Notes: generated by a model from the sequence alone, not told the origin. A DNA stretch of 64,000 nt from Limnohabitans sp. (GCA_964203565.1 CAXNMP010000004.1:50413-114412); one strand, 5' to 3'. Positions 47,765 through 58,682 are shown, numbered from the stretch's first letter. A program made the numbers and translations.

Positions 47765-48610
47765 ATGACCTGTGTCTTCACCCCTGCTCAACAAGCTGCT
47801 TTTGAGACAGATGGTTATGTGCTGATTCGCGGTCTGTTCGACTCGCAAGAGATTGCGCTTATGCGCAGTTCCATAGAGCAGGATCCGGACCTACAAGGCA
47901 GCTTGTACAACCGCAAGGACGCTCAGGGCAAAGCCACCATGATGGCAACTTGGAACCATCCCGGTGACAGCGCTTACGGGCTGGCCGCCAGAACTGAGCG
48001 CGTGGTTGACACCATGGAACAGATGCTCGGCGGTGAGGTTTACCACTACCACTCTAAGCTCACAGCCAAGGAACCCTTAGATGGCGGCGCTTGGGAATGG
48101 CACCAGGATTATGGTTACTGGTACCACAACGGCTGTTTGCTGCCACACATGGCGAGCGTCATGGTGGCACTGGACAAAGCCAACAAAGAAAACGGTTGTT
48201 TGCAGGTCTTGCGCGGCTCTCATTTGGCTGGGCGGGTGGATCACGGCATCATCCCTGGCGAGCAAGTCGGTGCAGACCCCAAACGCGTTGAAGAGATGTT
48301 GCGAACCATGACGCTGGAGTATGCGGAAATGGAACCTGGCGACGGCTTGTTTTTCCATGCGAACGTGATGCACCGCTCGGACCAAAACCGCTCGCCTAAC
48401 CGTCGCTGGACGGTGCTGTTTTGCTATAACGCTGCACGAAATAATCCTTTCATCGCGCATCACCATCCGTTTTATACGAAACTGGACAAGGTCAGCGATG
48501 ACGCCATCAAAAAGGCAGGGGTGAAATTTTCTGGAACAGGAGAGAACGCCTTCATGAAGACATTCTCCAACCCGCCTGGGTTGAAGCAGCGCTTGAACAC
48601 ACCCTCCTAA
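47765..48610 (+). CDS. Phytanoyl-CoA dioxygenase (PhyH) family 2OG/Fe oxygenase
   Basis: YHYHSK, WEWHQDYGYW, ENGCL.V..GSH, FFH....H.S..N.S...R. Confidence 0.92.
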   Translation: MTCVFTPAQQAAFETDGYVLIRGLFDSQEIALMRSSIEQDPDLQGSLYNRKDAQGKATMMATWNHPGDSAYGLAARTERVVDTMEQMLGGEVYHYHSKLTAKEPLDGGAWEWHQDYGYWYHNGCLLPHMASVMVALDKANKENGCLQVLRGSHLAGRVDHGIIPGEQVGADPKRVEEMLRTMTLEYAEMEPGDGLFFHANVMHRSDQNRSPNRRWTVLFCYNAARNNPFIAHHHPFYTKLDKVSDDAIKKAGVKFSGTGENAFMKTFSNPPGLKQRLNTPS

Positions 48611-49034
48611 TGAAAAACTCTCGAATGAAAGTAACTCTGGCTGCTTTTTTCTTGTTCGCGTTAGTCCAAGCCCAAGCTTCCAATGCGTTGAGCAAGCTCA
48701 AGAATGAAGTTCAAGTCAGTTGTCAGCCGAGTCAAGCTTTTTTTGCGGCAACATGCACGTGTCGTGTGCAGGCAAAACGAACGTAGCTACTTTTCCTTTC
48801 ACTCTGAACATTCAGGGTAAAGAGGTTCAAATGATGGCACCCAGTCATTTGGAGGTGTTTAATCGACTTTATGGGGGTAGTCAGATTGAATGGGGCACAG
48901 ATGCTTTGTATGGGGTCATCTCACCTGTCGGTTCAACTGGGTACATCAAGATTTTTGAAAATGGAAACTATGTATTCAGGTACTACCCTTCCCAACAAGC
49001 AGATGGAATCATGTCCCTTGGGAAATGCGAGTAA
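48610..49034 (+). CDS. Possible secreted hypothetical protein, apparently split at a T7 run (48738-48744)
   Basis: Signal-peptide ORF 48610-48786 overlaps the startless ORF 48720-49034; one extra T joins them. Confidence 0.4.
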
Positions 49035-49049
49035 GGACATATCACTTTT

Positions 49050-49835
49050 ATGGATAGCGCTATGAAAAATCATTTATCCGGTCGCGTTGCCTGGATTACG
49101 GGTGGCGGCAGTGGTATTGGACTAGCAGGCGCTTTGGAATTGGTCAAAGCAGGTGCGCATGTCGTGATCAGCGGACGAAATGCGGCAAGCAACGCCAGTG
49201 CATTGGAACAATTACAAGCATTGGGTAGCGCTGAAGCCATTTTGCTGGATGTGTCTGACAAAAATGCCGTGCAAAATGTTTCAAAGCACATCGTTTCTGC
49301 TCACGGTCGAATTGATATTCTGGTTAACAGTGCAGGAATGAATGCCACGAAACGAAATCTGGATGTGTTGACCACAGAGTCTTGGGATGAAGTTGTCAAC
49401 ATCAACCTCAACGGTTTGTTTTATTGCGTACACGCCGTACTTCCAACCATGCGAGCGCAAGGTGATGGACTCATCGTCAATGTATCGTCGTGGGCTGGTC
49501 TGTATGCATCAAAGTTAACCGGCCCAGCATACAACGCAACCAAACGCGCAGTGCTGGCCCTGAGCGAGTCCATCAATATGGAAGAGTGCGCTAGTGGCAT
49601 ACGCGCCACTTCATTGCTGCCAGGCGAAGTTGCAACCCCTATTTTGAACAAACGCCCTGTCCCTCCCTCCCAAGAAATACGCGAACGCATGGTGCAAGCA
49701 GAAGACATGGGACAAGCCATTTTATTTTTAGCCCAAATGCCACCCCGAACCTGTGTCAATGAGCTGATCATTTCCCCAACCCATAACCGTTTTTACCTTG
49801 GTGGTCTCGAATCGCCACCCGAAGCCAAAGCATAG
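49050..49835 (+). CDS. SDR family oxidoreductase
   Basis: ITGGGSGIG, NSAG, YNATK. Confidence 0.92.
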   Translation: MDSAMKNHLSGRVAWITGGGSGIGLAGALELVKAGAHVVISGRNAASNASALEQLQALGSAEAILLDVSDKNAVQNVSKHIVSAHGRIDILVNSAGMNATKRNLDVLTTESWDEVVNINLNGLFYCVHAVLPTMRAQGDGLIVNVSSWAGLYASKLTGPAYNATKRAVLALSESINMEECASGIRATSLLPGEVATPILNKRPVPPSQEIRERMVQAEDMGQAILFLAQMPPRTCVNELIISPTHNRFYLGGLESPPEAKA

Positions 49836-49869
49836 ACTTTGTATGCTTTATGCATAAAGCAGCTAAGCG

Positions 49870-50592
49870 TTAAATGCTTTTTTGATTGACTCTTTTTGAC
49901 AGTTCTTGAGCAGATTCTTTGCGCTCGCTGTAGCGGTCTACCAAATACGGTGCTATGTCGCGGGTTAACAAAGTGAACTTCACCAACTCCTCCATCACAT
50001 CAACCACTCTGTCGAAATAAGCTGACGCCTTCATTCGGCCGTCTTCTTCGAACTCTAAGAATGCTTTTGCAACAGAGCTCTGATTGGGAATGGTCAACAT
50101 CCGCATCCAACGCCCTAGTATTCGCATTTGGTTCACAGCATTGAAAGACTGCGAGCCGCCACAGACTTGCATCACCGCCAAGGTTTTACCCTGCGTGGGA
50201 CGAACAGCACCGACAGACAGTGGAATCCAATCAATCTGACTTTTCATAATGCCTGTCATGGCGCCATGCCGCTCTGGTGAACACCACACCATTGCCTCCG
50301 ACCAAGCTGCCAAGTCACGCAACTCTTTTACCTTAGGGTGCGTATCCGGTGCTGCGTCAGGCTGGGGTAGCCCCAGGGGGTCAAACACCCTCACCTCGGA
50401 ACCCATGGCTTCAAGCAAGCGAGCAGCTTCTAGCATCAATAGTTTGCTGTAAGAGCGTTCACGCAAGGAACCATAGAGCATCAAAATTCTAGGAGGATGG
50501 GTTGATGCATGCTGCGATACCAATAACTGCTGTTGGGGCAGTTTGAAGCAATGTTCATCAAGCTGAGGCAATGGTTCAGCGACTTTTGACAC
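49870..50592 (-). CDS. arsH: Arsenical resistance protein ArsH
   Basis: [42 protein letters not shown]. Confidence 0.95.
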   Translation of the reverse strand: MSKVAEPLPQLDEHCFKLPQQQLLVSQHASTHPPRILMLYGSLRERSYSKLLMLEAARLLEAMGSEVRVFDPLGLPQPDAAPDTHPKVKELRDLAAWSEAMVWCSPERHGAMTGIMKSQIDWIPLSVGAVRPTQGKTLAVMQVCGGSQSFNAVNQMRILGRWMRMLTIPNQSSVAKAFLEFEEDGRMKASAYFDRVVDVMEELVKFTLLTRDIAPYLVDRYSERKESAQELSKRVNQKSI

Positions 50593-50618
50593 GCCAGTCC
50601 TTTAGATTGATAAAGTTT

Positions 50619-51263
50619 TTACTCAGATTTCAGCGCTGCAACCAGCACCATGGCAAGGAGTCCACCAACTATCTGAGCCACCACAAAGGCTGGTACATCT
50701 GCGGGTGAAATGCCAGCAAATGTATTTGAAAACATCCGCCCAAAGGCAGCGGCTGGATTCGCAAAAGAAGTGCTTGCAGTGAACCAATACGCTGCGCCAA
50801 TGTAGCAAGCTACCAACGATGAGGCCTTGCCTGAAGGGGCTCGCAAAATCACGAACAACAAACCGCCAGTAGCAACTGCTTCAGCAAACCACTGTGCAGG
50901 TCCTGTTCTGACTTTGCTTGACCATTGCAATATGTCTAGATCAAACATGGCATGCGCGACCCAAGCGCCCATTGCCGCACCGATCAGCTGTGCCACCACA
51001 TACCCGAACAAATGGTGCTGCGCTAATTCTTTGCGTAGCACCAAGACCAATGAAACCACGGGATTGAAGTGAGCACCGCTGACAGGGCCCAGGGTTTCAA
51101 TCAATACATAGAGTGCAAAGACTGTGGCAAGCGTATTGGCCAACAGCGCAATCGCCATATTGCCCCCCGCCAATTGCTCGGCCATGATGCCCGAGCCTAT
51201 CACCGCACACAACAAGGCAGCTGTGCCGATCAGCTCTGAGAAATACCTTCTCCAATGAATCAT
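50619..51263 (-). CDS. Aquaporin/aquaglyceroporin (arsenite channel, AqpS-like)
   Basis: SGAHFNPVVS, FTASTSFANPA; inside the ars operon. Confidence 0.9.
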   Translation of the reverse strand: MIHWRRYFSELIGTAALLCAVIGSGIMAEQLAGGNMAIALLANTLATVFALYVLIETLGPVSGAHFNPVVSLVLVLRKELAQHHLFGYVVAQLIGAAMGAWVAHAMFDLDILQWSSKVRTGPAQWFAEAVATGGLLFVILRAPSGKASSLVACYIGAAYWFTASTSFANPAAAFGRMFSNTFAGISPADVPAFVVAQIVGGLLAMVLVAALKSE

Positions 51264-51763
51264 TTTTTGGCAAGATCTCGTGCCGAGTTTTCTAAAGCCA
51301 TCTTGCTGAGGCTTGCTAAAGGAAGGCTGACGAAAAGGTCTAGACGTCGTCCGATCTGATGCATCGTTTGTTTAAAAGCCTCCAGTTTTTCCTCCTCACC
51401 ACCTGTGGCTTCTGATGGATCGGGATAGCCCCAATGTGCAGTGGCTGGTTGACCAGGCCAATACGGACACACTTCACCTGCTGCGTTGTCGCAAACAGTG
51501 ATGACCAAATCCATATGGGGTGCATCGGGCAAAGCAAAAACATCCCAGCTTTTGCTGCTTAGACCCTGGGTAGAGATGCCAGCTTTATCCAAAGTTGCAA
51601 TGGCCAAGGGGTTTGGCTTTTGATTGTCCCTAGGGCTGCTGCCAGCTGAAAAGGCTTTGAATTTGCCTTTACCCATATGGTTAAGCAATGCCTCGGCCAA
51701 AATACTGCGGGCCGAGTTGTGGGTACACAAAAAAAGTACGTTTAAGGGTTTTACTTCGGTCAC
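51260..51763 (-). CDS. arsC: Arsenate reductase, LMW-PTP type
   Basis: LFLCTHNSARS, TVCDNAAGEVCP.WPG; start set at the GTG after a GGAG RBS. Confidence 0.92.
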   Translation of the reverse strand: MTEVKPLNVLFLCTHNSARSILAEALLNHMGKGKFKAFSAGSSPRDNQKPNPLAIATLDKAGISTQGLSSKSWDVFALPDAPHMDLVITVCDNAAGEVCPYWPGQPATAHWGYPDPSEATGGEEEKLEAFKQTMHQIGRRLDLFVSLPLASLSKMALENSARDLAKK

Positions 51764-51779
51764 TTTTAACTCCTTCGAA

Positions 51780-52106
51780 TTAACAACTCTTACAAATTTC
51801 CTCGGGGCTGACTTCGCATTCATTCCCTTGGCAACAGTTTTGGGTCAAATACGCCAGCACAGCATTCATGCGGTCGTACTGCGCCCGATAAATCAGATTG
51901 CGCCCGCTGCGCTCCTGAGAAATAAGGTCTGCATTCATCAACTCTTTCAAGTGAAATGAAAGTGTGTTGGCTGGCAGACCCAACGCTTGGGCCAACAAAG
52001 CAGGCGTTAACCCCTCGTGGCCTTTGACCACCAAGGAACGAAAAATCTGCAAACGGTTGGGCTGAGCCAACGCTGCAAGCGCTTTGATCACGTATTTATT
52101 TTCCAT
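51780..52106 (-). CDS. arsR: ArsR family repressor (C-terminal CC..C type)
   Basis: ALAQ..RL.IFR.LV, TLSFHLKEL, NCCQG..C. Confidence 0.92.
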   Translation of the reverse strand: MENKYVIKALAALAQPNRLQIFRSLVVKGHEGLTPALLAQALGLPANTLSFHLKELMNADLISQERSGRNLIYRAQYDRMNAVLAYLTQNCCQGNECEVSPEEICKSC

Positions 52107-52198
52107 TGTTCAATGATAATGGAAATATATGACAGTTTGACGCATGGAAAATGTTAGCCCCTGCCCCTCTACACTGAACGATTTTTGGAGAGCACCAC

Positions 52199-53632
52199 GT
52201 GGCCCACATGATCATTGGCGGCAAAGCCGTTCAAGCCCAAAGCGGCAAAACCTTAGAGGTACGCTCCCCTGTGGATGGTTTGACCTTTGAAACAATTCCT
52301 CGCGGCGAAGCAGCGGACATTGACTTGGCTGTCGCTGCAGCCAGGCAAGCGCTGAATGGCGCCTGGGGCAAGATGTCTGCTTTAGAGCGTGGTCGCTTGA
52401 TGCTCAAAATGGCGCAGCACGTTCTCGACCATGCTGAAGAGTTGGCTTTGCTGGAAGCGCAAGACACCGGCAAGCCCATGACCACCGCACGCAACGACAT
52501 GGTAGTGCTGGCAAGGTATTTTGAGTTTTACGGCTCTGCTGCTGACAAGATCCACGGTGAAGTCATCCCCTTTTTGAACGGTTACCAAGTCAATTTATTG
52601 CGTGAGCCCTTGGGTGTCACTGCACATATCATTCCTTGGAACTACCCAGCACAAATGATGGGGCGCAGCATCGGGCCAGCGCTGGCCATGGGCAATGCGG
52701 TGGTGGTTAAACCCGCCGAAGATGCATGCTTGAGTTGCCTGCGCATTGCCGAGATGGCCTTGGAAGTGGGTTTCCCCCCCGGCGCTTTGAATATCGTCAG
52801 CGGTTTGGGAGAAGAAGCCGGTGCAGCATTGGCCAAACACCCTGACATCAACTTCATCAGCTTCACAGGATCGAATGAAGTGGGCGTCTTGATCCAACAA
52901 GCAGCAGCGGTGAACGCTGTGAAATGTGTGCTCGAACTGGGTGGCAAGTCGCCACATCTGGTTTTTTCCGATGCCAATCTCGAACTGGCTGCGAGCACGG
53001 TGGTTCGAGGCATCGTTCAAAACACGGGACAAACCTGCACCGCTGGTAGCCGGTTGCTGGTTCAATCAGATTTTTATGAGCAATTCCTTTCCTTGGTCGC
53101 AGAGAAATTCTCCAAAGTGCGAGTTGGTACACCCGAGATGAATTTAGACTGCGGCCCGGTGGTGAATCTCTCGCAACAGCAACGTGTGAACAAGTACATT
53201 GCACAAGCCCAAAAAGACGGTTTAAAAATTTTGGCGCAAGGCCAAATCGATCCGAATGTGCCAAGTGGCGGCTATTACGTTACGCCGACCTTGTTTGGTC
53301 AAGTTCCTGCTGAGCATCCCTTGGCCCATGAAGAAGTGTTCGGCCCAGTCTTGGCGGCCATGCCTTTTGTAGACGAGGCCCATGCCATTGCTTTGGCAAA
53401 CGGCACTGACTATGGATTACTGGCCGCGGTTTGGACTGAAAATGGGGGACGACAGCAGCGTGTGGCAAAAGCACTGAAATGTGGCCAAGTGTTTGTGAAT
53501 TCTTTTGGCGCAGGCGGCGGTGTTGAACTGCCGTTTGGTGGCGTCAAGCGCAGCGGTCACGGCCGCGAAAAAGGATTCATGGCACTGGAAGAAATGAGCA
53601 CCACCAAAACAGTCATTCATTTTCACGGTTGA
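52199..53632 (+). CDS. Aldehyde dehydrogenase
   Basis: IIPWNYP, KPAE, FTGS, LELGGKSP, GQTCTAGSR, EEVFGPV, PFGG.K.SG.GREKG. Confidence 0.95.
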   Translation: MAHMIIGGKAVQAQSGKTLEVRSPVDGLTFETIPRGEAADIDLAVAAARQALNGAWGKMSALERGRLMLKMAQHVLDHAEELALLEAQDTGKPMTTARNDMVVLARYFEFYGSAADKIHGEVIPFLNGYQVNLLREPLGVTAHIIPWNYPAQMMGRSIGPALAMGNAVVVKPAEDACLSCLRIAEMALEVGFPPGALNIVSGLGEEAGAALAKHPDINFISFTGSNEVGVLIQQAAAVNAVKCVLELGGKSPHLVFSDANLELAASTVVRGIVQNTGQTCTAGSRLLVQSDFYEQFLSLVAEKFSKVRVGTPEMNLDCGPVVNLSQQQRVNKYIAQAQKDGLKILAQGQIDPNVPSGGYYVTPTLFGQVPAEHPLAHEEVFGPVLAAMPFVDEAHAIALANGTDYGLLAAVWTENGGRQQRVAKALKCGQVFVNSFGAGGGVELPFGGVKRSGHGREKGFMALEEMSTTKTVIHFHG

Positions 53633-53656
53633 ACACACCTACACAGAAAGAGAAAC

Positions 53657-54409
53657 ATGGAACAGCTAAAAAATAAAATTGCCATCATCACCGGTGCTGG
53701 TGGTGGGTTTGGAGAAGGCATTGCCCAGGCCTATGTGCGTGAAGGCGCCAAGGTCATCGTGGCTGATATTCAAGACGCTGCTGCCAAGCGTGTGGCTGCA
53801 AGCTTAGGCGCACAAGCCAGTGCTTTCACTTGCGATGTCAGCAATGCAGCGCAGGTACAAGCCTTGGTGCAGCATTGCATCAACACCTTTGGCATTCCAG
53901 ACATCGTGGTTAACAACGCTGGCACCACGCATAAAAACCGTCCCATGCTAGAAGTGGATGAAGCCACTTTCGACAAAGTTTTCAATGTGAATGTGAAGTC
54001 CATCTATTACATGACCCATGCAGTGCTGCCGCATTTGCGTCAAAAAGGTGGCGGCGTGATTTTGAACATCGGATCGGTGGCGGGCATTCGTCCTCGCCCT
54101 GGGCTGACTTGGTACAACGCCTCCAAGGGCGCCGTCAACTTGCTGTCCAAGTCCATGGCGGTAGAGCTTGGCCCCGAGAAAATCCGCGTGAATGCCATTT
54201 GCCCTGTCATGGGCGTGACGGGTTTGTTTGAAGATTTCATGGGCTTGCCCGATACCCCCGAAAACCGCGCCAAATTCATGTCCACCATTCCGCTGGGGCG
54301 CTTCGCCCTAGCTAGTGATATTGCAGCAGCAGCCGTGTTTTTGGCCAGCGATGCTGCAGAGTTTTTCACTGGTGTTGAATTTCCAGTCGACGGTGGTCGA
54401 ACCATCTGA
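53657..54409 (+). CDS. SDR family oxidoreductase (FabG-like)
   Basis: ITGAGGGFG, NNAG, YNASK. Confidence 0.93.
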   Translation: MEQLKNKIAIITGAGGGFGEGIAQAYVREGAKVIVADIQDAAAKRVAASLGAQASAFTCDVSNAAQVQALVQHCINTFGIPDIVVNNAGTTHKNRPMLEVDEATFDKVFNVNVKSIYYMTHAVLPHLRQKGGGVILNIGSVAGIRPRPGLTWYNASKGAVNLLSKSMAVELGPEKIRVNAICPVMGVTGLFEDFMGLPDTPENRAKFMSTIPLGRFALASDIAAAAVFLASDAAEFFTGVEFPVDGGRTI

Positions 54410-54427
54410 TGGCATCTTGAAACGACC

Positions 54428-55594
54428 ATGAATACTGCTGCCGTCAAACCGTTAGACCATATCACCGTGGTGTCGCTGGAACACGCCATTGCAGCGCCTT
54501 TTTGTACACGCCAATTGGCTGATTTAGGGGCCAGGGTCATCAAGGTTGAGCGCCCCGAGGTGGGTGACTTTGCCCGCAGTTACGACCAACGCGCTCGGGG
54601 AGAGTCATCGCATTTTGTATGGGTTAACCGCTCCAAAGAAAGTTTGGCTCTGGACTTAAAGAACCCCGAGCACTTGCAGGTACTCAAGCAATTGATTGCC
54701 AAAGCCGATGTGCTTGTGCAAAATTTGGCGCCAGGTGCCACAGCCCGCATGGGTTTGGACGCCAGCAGTTTGCGAGCAGCGCATCCACGTTTGATCGTTT
54801 GCGATATTTCTGGCTACGGCAACGAAGGACCTTACCGAGATAAGAAAGCCTACGACTTGCTGATTCAAAGCGAGTCTGGTTATTTGTCGGTCACGGGTAC
54901 AGCTGAGACGCCGAGCAAAAGCGGCAACTCGATCGCTGATATTGCCGCCGGTATGTACGCTTACACCAATATCTTGAGTGCCCTTATTCAACGCGACAAA
55001 ACGGGTGAAGGGGCGCATATAGATATATCCATGTTGGAGGCCTTGGCAGAGTGGATGGGATTCCCCATGTATTACGCCACTGACAACGCCCCACCTCCCC
55101 CGCGCACAGGCGCATCCCACGCCACCATATACCCCTATGGTCCTTTTCTAGCGGGCGATGGTGTCAGCGTGATGCTGGGTTTGCAAAATGAAAGAGAGTG
55201 GGTTAGCTTCTGCAAAACAGTCTTGTGCATGCCAGAGTTAGCAACGGATTCACACTTTAATAACAACAGCTTGCGTAACCAAAACCGAACTGATCTCGAG
55301 AGCATCATCTTGTCGGTCTTTGCCACCCTCACTGCGTCTGAAGTGATTCAGCGTTTGGATGATGCGGCGATTGCCAACGCCCGGATGAACAATATGGCAG
55401 ATTTATGGGCGCATCCACAACTGCAAGCCAGAAAACGTTGGACCCAGGTAGATTCGCCCGCAGGACCGCTGCCCGCTTTGCTCCCTCCCGGATTGCAAAG
55501 TGGATTTGAATACACCATGGGACCGATCCCCAGTGTGGGACAACACAATGCCGCCATTCTTAAAGAGTTGGGTATGACTCTTTCATTCAAGTAG
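54428..55594 (+). CDS. CaiB/BaiF CoA-transferase family III
   Basis: AAPFCTRQLADLGARVIKVERP..GD, NRSKES..LDLK, AYDLLIQ. Confidence 0.94.
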   Translation: MNTAAVKPLDHITVVSLEHAIAAPFCTRQLADLGARVIKVERPEVGDFARSYDQRARGESSHFVWVNRSKESLALDLKNPEHLQVLKQLIAKADVLVQNLAPGATARMGLDASSLRAAHPRLIVCDISGYGNEGPYRDKKAYDLLIQSESGYLSVTGTAETPSKSGNSIADIAAGMYAYTNILSALIQRDKTGEGAHIDISMLEALAEWMGFPMYYATDNAPPPPRTGASHATIYPYGPFLAGDGVSVMLGLQNEREWVSFCKTVLCMPELATDSHFNNNSLRNQNRTDLESIILSVFATLTASEVIQRLDDAAIANARMNNMADLWAHPQLQARKRWTQVDSPAGPLPALLPPGLQSGFEYTMGPIPSVGQHNAAILKELGMTLSFK

Positions 55595-55612
55595 CAGCCG
55601 TTTATTTTTTTC

Positions 55613-56767
55613 ATGACACCACTTCAAAGGAATATCAGGCTTGCATCACTTGTTTTTTGTGAATCGGTGACATTCTGCTTGTTGAGTTTTTTAAGCATTG
55701 GTGTATCCGCACAGGAGCCTTTGGTACCCGCGAATAAAAATGAACGCATTGCCCTTTTCCGTGAGTCTGTAGACAAAATTCTGAATCAACTTGACAAAAA
55801 ACAAGGACCGGGCGTGGCTGTTTGGGTCGAGGTTGATGGCGAAGTGGTTTACAGCAAGTGGGCAGGTCTTGCGCAAAGGGAGATGCGAATCCCTATTGAT
55901 GGCAATACCACCTTTGAACTTGCTTCTGCATCCAAGCCATTGACCGCTGCACTTGTGTTGCAACTGGCAGAAAGCGGTCTACTCCAACTTGATGATGTAG
56001 CCATAAAGTGGTTGCCTCAGTTACCGTCTGTATGGGGAGCCATCACGATTCGAAACTTATTGAATCAAACCGCAGGCATTCCAGACTATATGAGTCAAAT
56101 CAATTCAACCAAACTGCTTGGATTAGATGGATTGACCAATCAGCAGTTGTTAAAACGTTGGGAAACGGGTAGCCGTTTGAACTTTAACCCTGGGACACAA
56201 GTTGAATACAGCAACAGCAACTATGTTTTATTGGCTGAGATAGCTTCATCTGCCTGCGGAACTGGCTTTGGGCAGTGTTTGCGACAACGCATATTTCAGC
56301 CTTTGGGCATGAACAACACTCGAGTTGAATCCGAGGAATCAAGCCAAGGTGAAGTTTTGGCGCTCAATTACGCACTGAGCAAAAAAACCAAAGGGATTCT
56401 TCTGAAAACCGAAGGACCCACAGGGATTTACAGTTCGCTCAACGATATTGCTTTGTGGCTTCAAGCCTACCAAGCAGGAAAGATTGTGAGCAAAGCAGGG
56501 ACCACCTTAATGACCACACCCGTTTTAATGAGCCCTGTGTTTGATAGCGGTGAGCGATATGGCATGGGGTGGGTTCTTCCCCCAGAGGACAATCAAATTG
56601 TCAGCTACACACATGCTGGACAAAAAGATGGCTACCGAACACTCATCAGCGCAAACACCACAAATTATGTGAATTACATCATCCTCAGCAACGGTGGCGA
56701 CTTTGTTCAACCGATCAGCACAGAGATTAAGTATTGGATACAAGAAATTTTTGAAGCACAGCCCTAA
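55613..56767 (+). CDS. Serine hydrolase (beta-lactamase/class C-like)
   Basis: SxxK (ASASK), YSN, HAG. Confidence 0.88.
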   Translation: MTPLQRNIRLASLVFCESVTFCLLSFLSIGVSAQEPLVPANKNERIALFRESVDKILNQLDKKQGPGVAVWVEVDGEVVYSKWAGLAQREMRIPIDGNTTFELASASKPLTAALVLQLAESGLLQLDDVAIKWLPQLPSVWGAITIRNLLNQTAGIPDYMSQINSTKLLGLDGLTNQQLLKRWETGSRLNFNPGTQVEYSNSNYVLLAEIASSACGTGFGQCLRQRIFQPLGMNNTRVESEESSQGEVLALNYALSKKTKGILLKTEGPTGIYSSLNDIALWLQAYQAGKIVSKAGTTLMTTPVLMSPVFDSGERYGMGWVLPPEDNQIVSYTHAGQKDGYRTLISANTTNYVNYIILSNGGDFVQPISTEIKYWIQEIFEAQP

Positions 56768-56802
56768 AGTAAGGCATTGACAGATTTAAGTATTGGCCTA
56801 CT

Positions 56803-58545
56803 TTAATCTTCCACTTCGTTTCCACGATCAAAATCTTTAAGCAAGGCATAGCGTTGGTTTCTTTGTTCTTGAACCATCCGAATCACGCGTTTCATTGGAA
56901 CACCCACCAAAGCAAGCGCGTGAGTGGCTAGCATCAAAGAGCCTTCAATCGTTTCAGGCACTACCTCTGCAGCACCCGCTGCTTGCAGTTTCTCCAAGTC
57001 CAAATCGTCTTGTGTTCTCACAATGACCGGGATTTGTGGAGCATGCTCTTGGGTAAGCGCAAGCACACGCATTGCAGAGGCATTTTCTAAATATGTCACA
57101 ACCACTGCACTGGCTCGCACCAACCCCACTGCCATGAGCGACTGCAAGCGTGCTGCATCGCCATAGACAACCTTTTCTCCATGCGATTGTGCTCGACTGA
57201 TTCTGTCTGGATCCAAATCTAAGGCCATATAGGGAACGTTTTGCTTCTGTAATAGCTTGGCTAAGTTTTGGCCACATCGTCCGTAACCACAAATGATGAT
57301 GTGCTTTTCGATATCCATGCTTTTCTGCGCAATTTGTGTCATTCCTAAAGATTGCTGCAACCAATCGCTAGAAGACCACTTCATCACCCAATCGTTGGCG
57401 TTCATGATGATGAAGGGTGTCGCCAACATGGAAAGCACCATACTGGCCAGCACAGGGTTAAGCCAATCTGCAGGAATCAATTGATTTTGATTGCCCAGAG
57501 TGAGCAACACAAAACCGAACTCGCCTGCTTGCGCCAAATACAAACCAGTACGTAAAGAAATACCTTCGCTGGCACCGCTCAATCGAGTGACAACTGCAAT
57601 GAGTACAAATTTAAAAACAACGGGCACCGTGAACAAAAACAATACGAATGCCCATCGATCCCAAATAATGCGCCAGTCAAGCATCATTCCAATGGTGATG
57701 AAGAACAGTCCAAGCAAGATATCGTGAAACGGCTTGATGTCCAGCTCAACCCGGTGCTTGAATTCAGTTTCGGAAATCAACATACCGGCCACAAAAGCGC
57801 CCAGTGCCAAGCTAAGTCCGGCAAGCTCAGTCAACCAAGCCAAACCCAAGGTGATCAACAAGACGTTCATCACAAAAAGTTCTTCGCTTTGGCGGCGAGC
57901 CACCAAAAGCAACCACCAACGCATCAGCCTCTGACCTCCCGTTAACAACAAAGCAATCAACGCTGCGGCCTTGAGTGCCGCCAGCAACAAAGCAGGGATC
58001 AATTGCTCTGGAGGCGCATTCAGGGCAGGAATAAGAACCAACAATGGCACGACAGCTAAATCTTGGAAGAGCAAGACCCCAACCACTCTCTTGCCATGCT
58101 CAGTAGCCAATTCCAATCTGTCAGATATGAGCTTAATCACAATGGCAGTGCTGCTCATGGCTAAGGCACCCGACAACGCCAGTGCCGTCTGCCAACTCAT
58201 TTGCCACAAGGTAGGCACCACGCTATTTAAGAGCAAAGAACCTATTGTTAAAAACGCAATGGTCAGTAACACCTGGAGAACACCCAACCCAAACACATGC
58301 TTTTTCATGGACTTCAGCTTGGGCAAGTTGAATTCCAGTCCAATAACAAACATCAGAAAGACCACCCCAAACTCGGCCAGATGGCGGATGCTTTCGGAGT
58401 TTTGCGCCAATGCAAGCGCATTTGGCCCAATCAGTACGCCAACCAGCAAATAGCCCAGCATGGGCGGTAGCTTCATAAGACGACAGCCCACTACACCCAA
58501 CACGGCGGCCAATAGGTATAGAAGCATCAATTCCAAGGATGTCAT
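56803..58545 (-). CDS. Monovalent cation:proton antiporter-2 (CPA2) with TrkA-N domain
   Basis: AEFGVVFLMF.IGLEF, FQDLAVVP, GEFGFV, ICGYGRCG, YGDA. Confidence 0.9.
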   Translation of the reverse strand: MTSLELMLLYLLAAVLGVVGCRLMKLPPMLGYLLVGVLIGPNALALAQNSESIRHLAEFGVVFLMFVIGLEFNLPKLKSMKKHVFGLGVLQVLLTIAFLTIGSLLLNSVVPTLWQMSWQTALALSGALAMSSTAIVIKLISDRLELATEHGKRVVGVLLFQDLAVVPLLVLIPALNAPPEQLIPALLLAALKAAALIALLLTGGQRLMRWWLLLVARRQSEELFVMNVLLITLGLAWLTELAGLSLALGAFVAGMLISETEFKHRVELDIKPFHDILLGLFFITIGMMLDWRIIWDRWAFVLFLFTVPVVFKFVLIAVVTRLSGASEGISLRTGLYLAQAGEFGFVLLTLGNQNQLIPADWLNPVLASMVLSMLATPFIIMNANDWVMKWSSSDWLQQSLGMTQIAQKSMDIEKHIIICGYGRCGQNLAKLLQKQNVPYMALDLDPDRISRAQSHGEKVVYGDAARLQSLMAVGLVRASAVVVTYLENASAMRVLALTQEHAPQIPVIVRTQDDLDLEKLQAAGAAEVVPETIEGSLMLATHALALVGVPMKRVIRMVQEQRNQRYALLKDFDRGNEVED

Positions 58546-58636
58546 AAAGACATCCTACCAAGTTCTAAATGGAATCAGCCAATTTGCACTATCTTGTAGG
58601 GTAGATAGGCCAAGTTAAAACTATTTAGGAGAATAG

Positions 58637-58682
58637 TGGTGGATCGTAGTGGGATCGAACCACTGGCTTCCACCGTGTGAAG
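58637..58682 (-). repeat. attR-type duplicate of the tRNA-Val 3' half
   Basis: 46 bp matching 62281-62326 with one mismatch; begins at the anticodon loop. Confidence 0.92.

Noticed and set aside
51764-51823. N-terminal extension of ArsC given by the ORF track
   Set aside because: It overlaps arsR; a GGAG RBS supports the GTG start at 51763.
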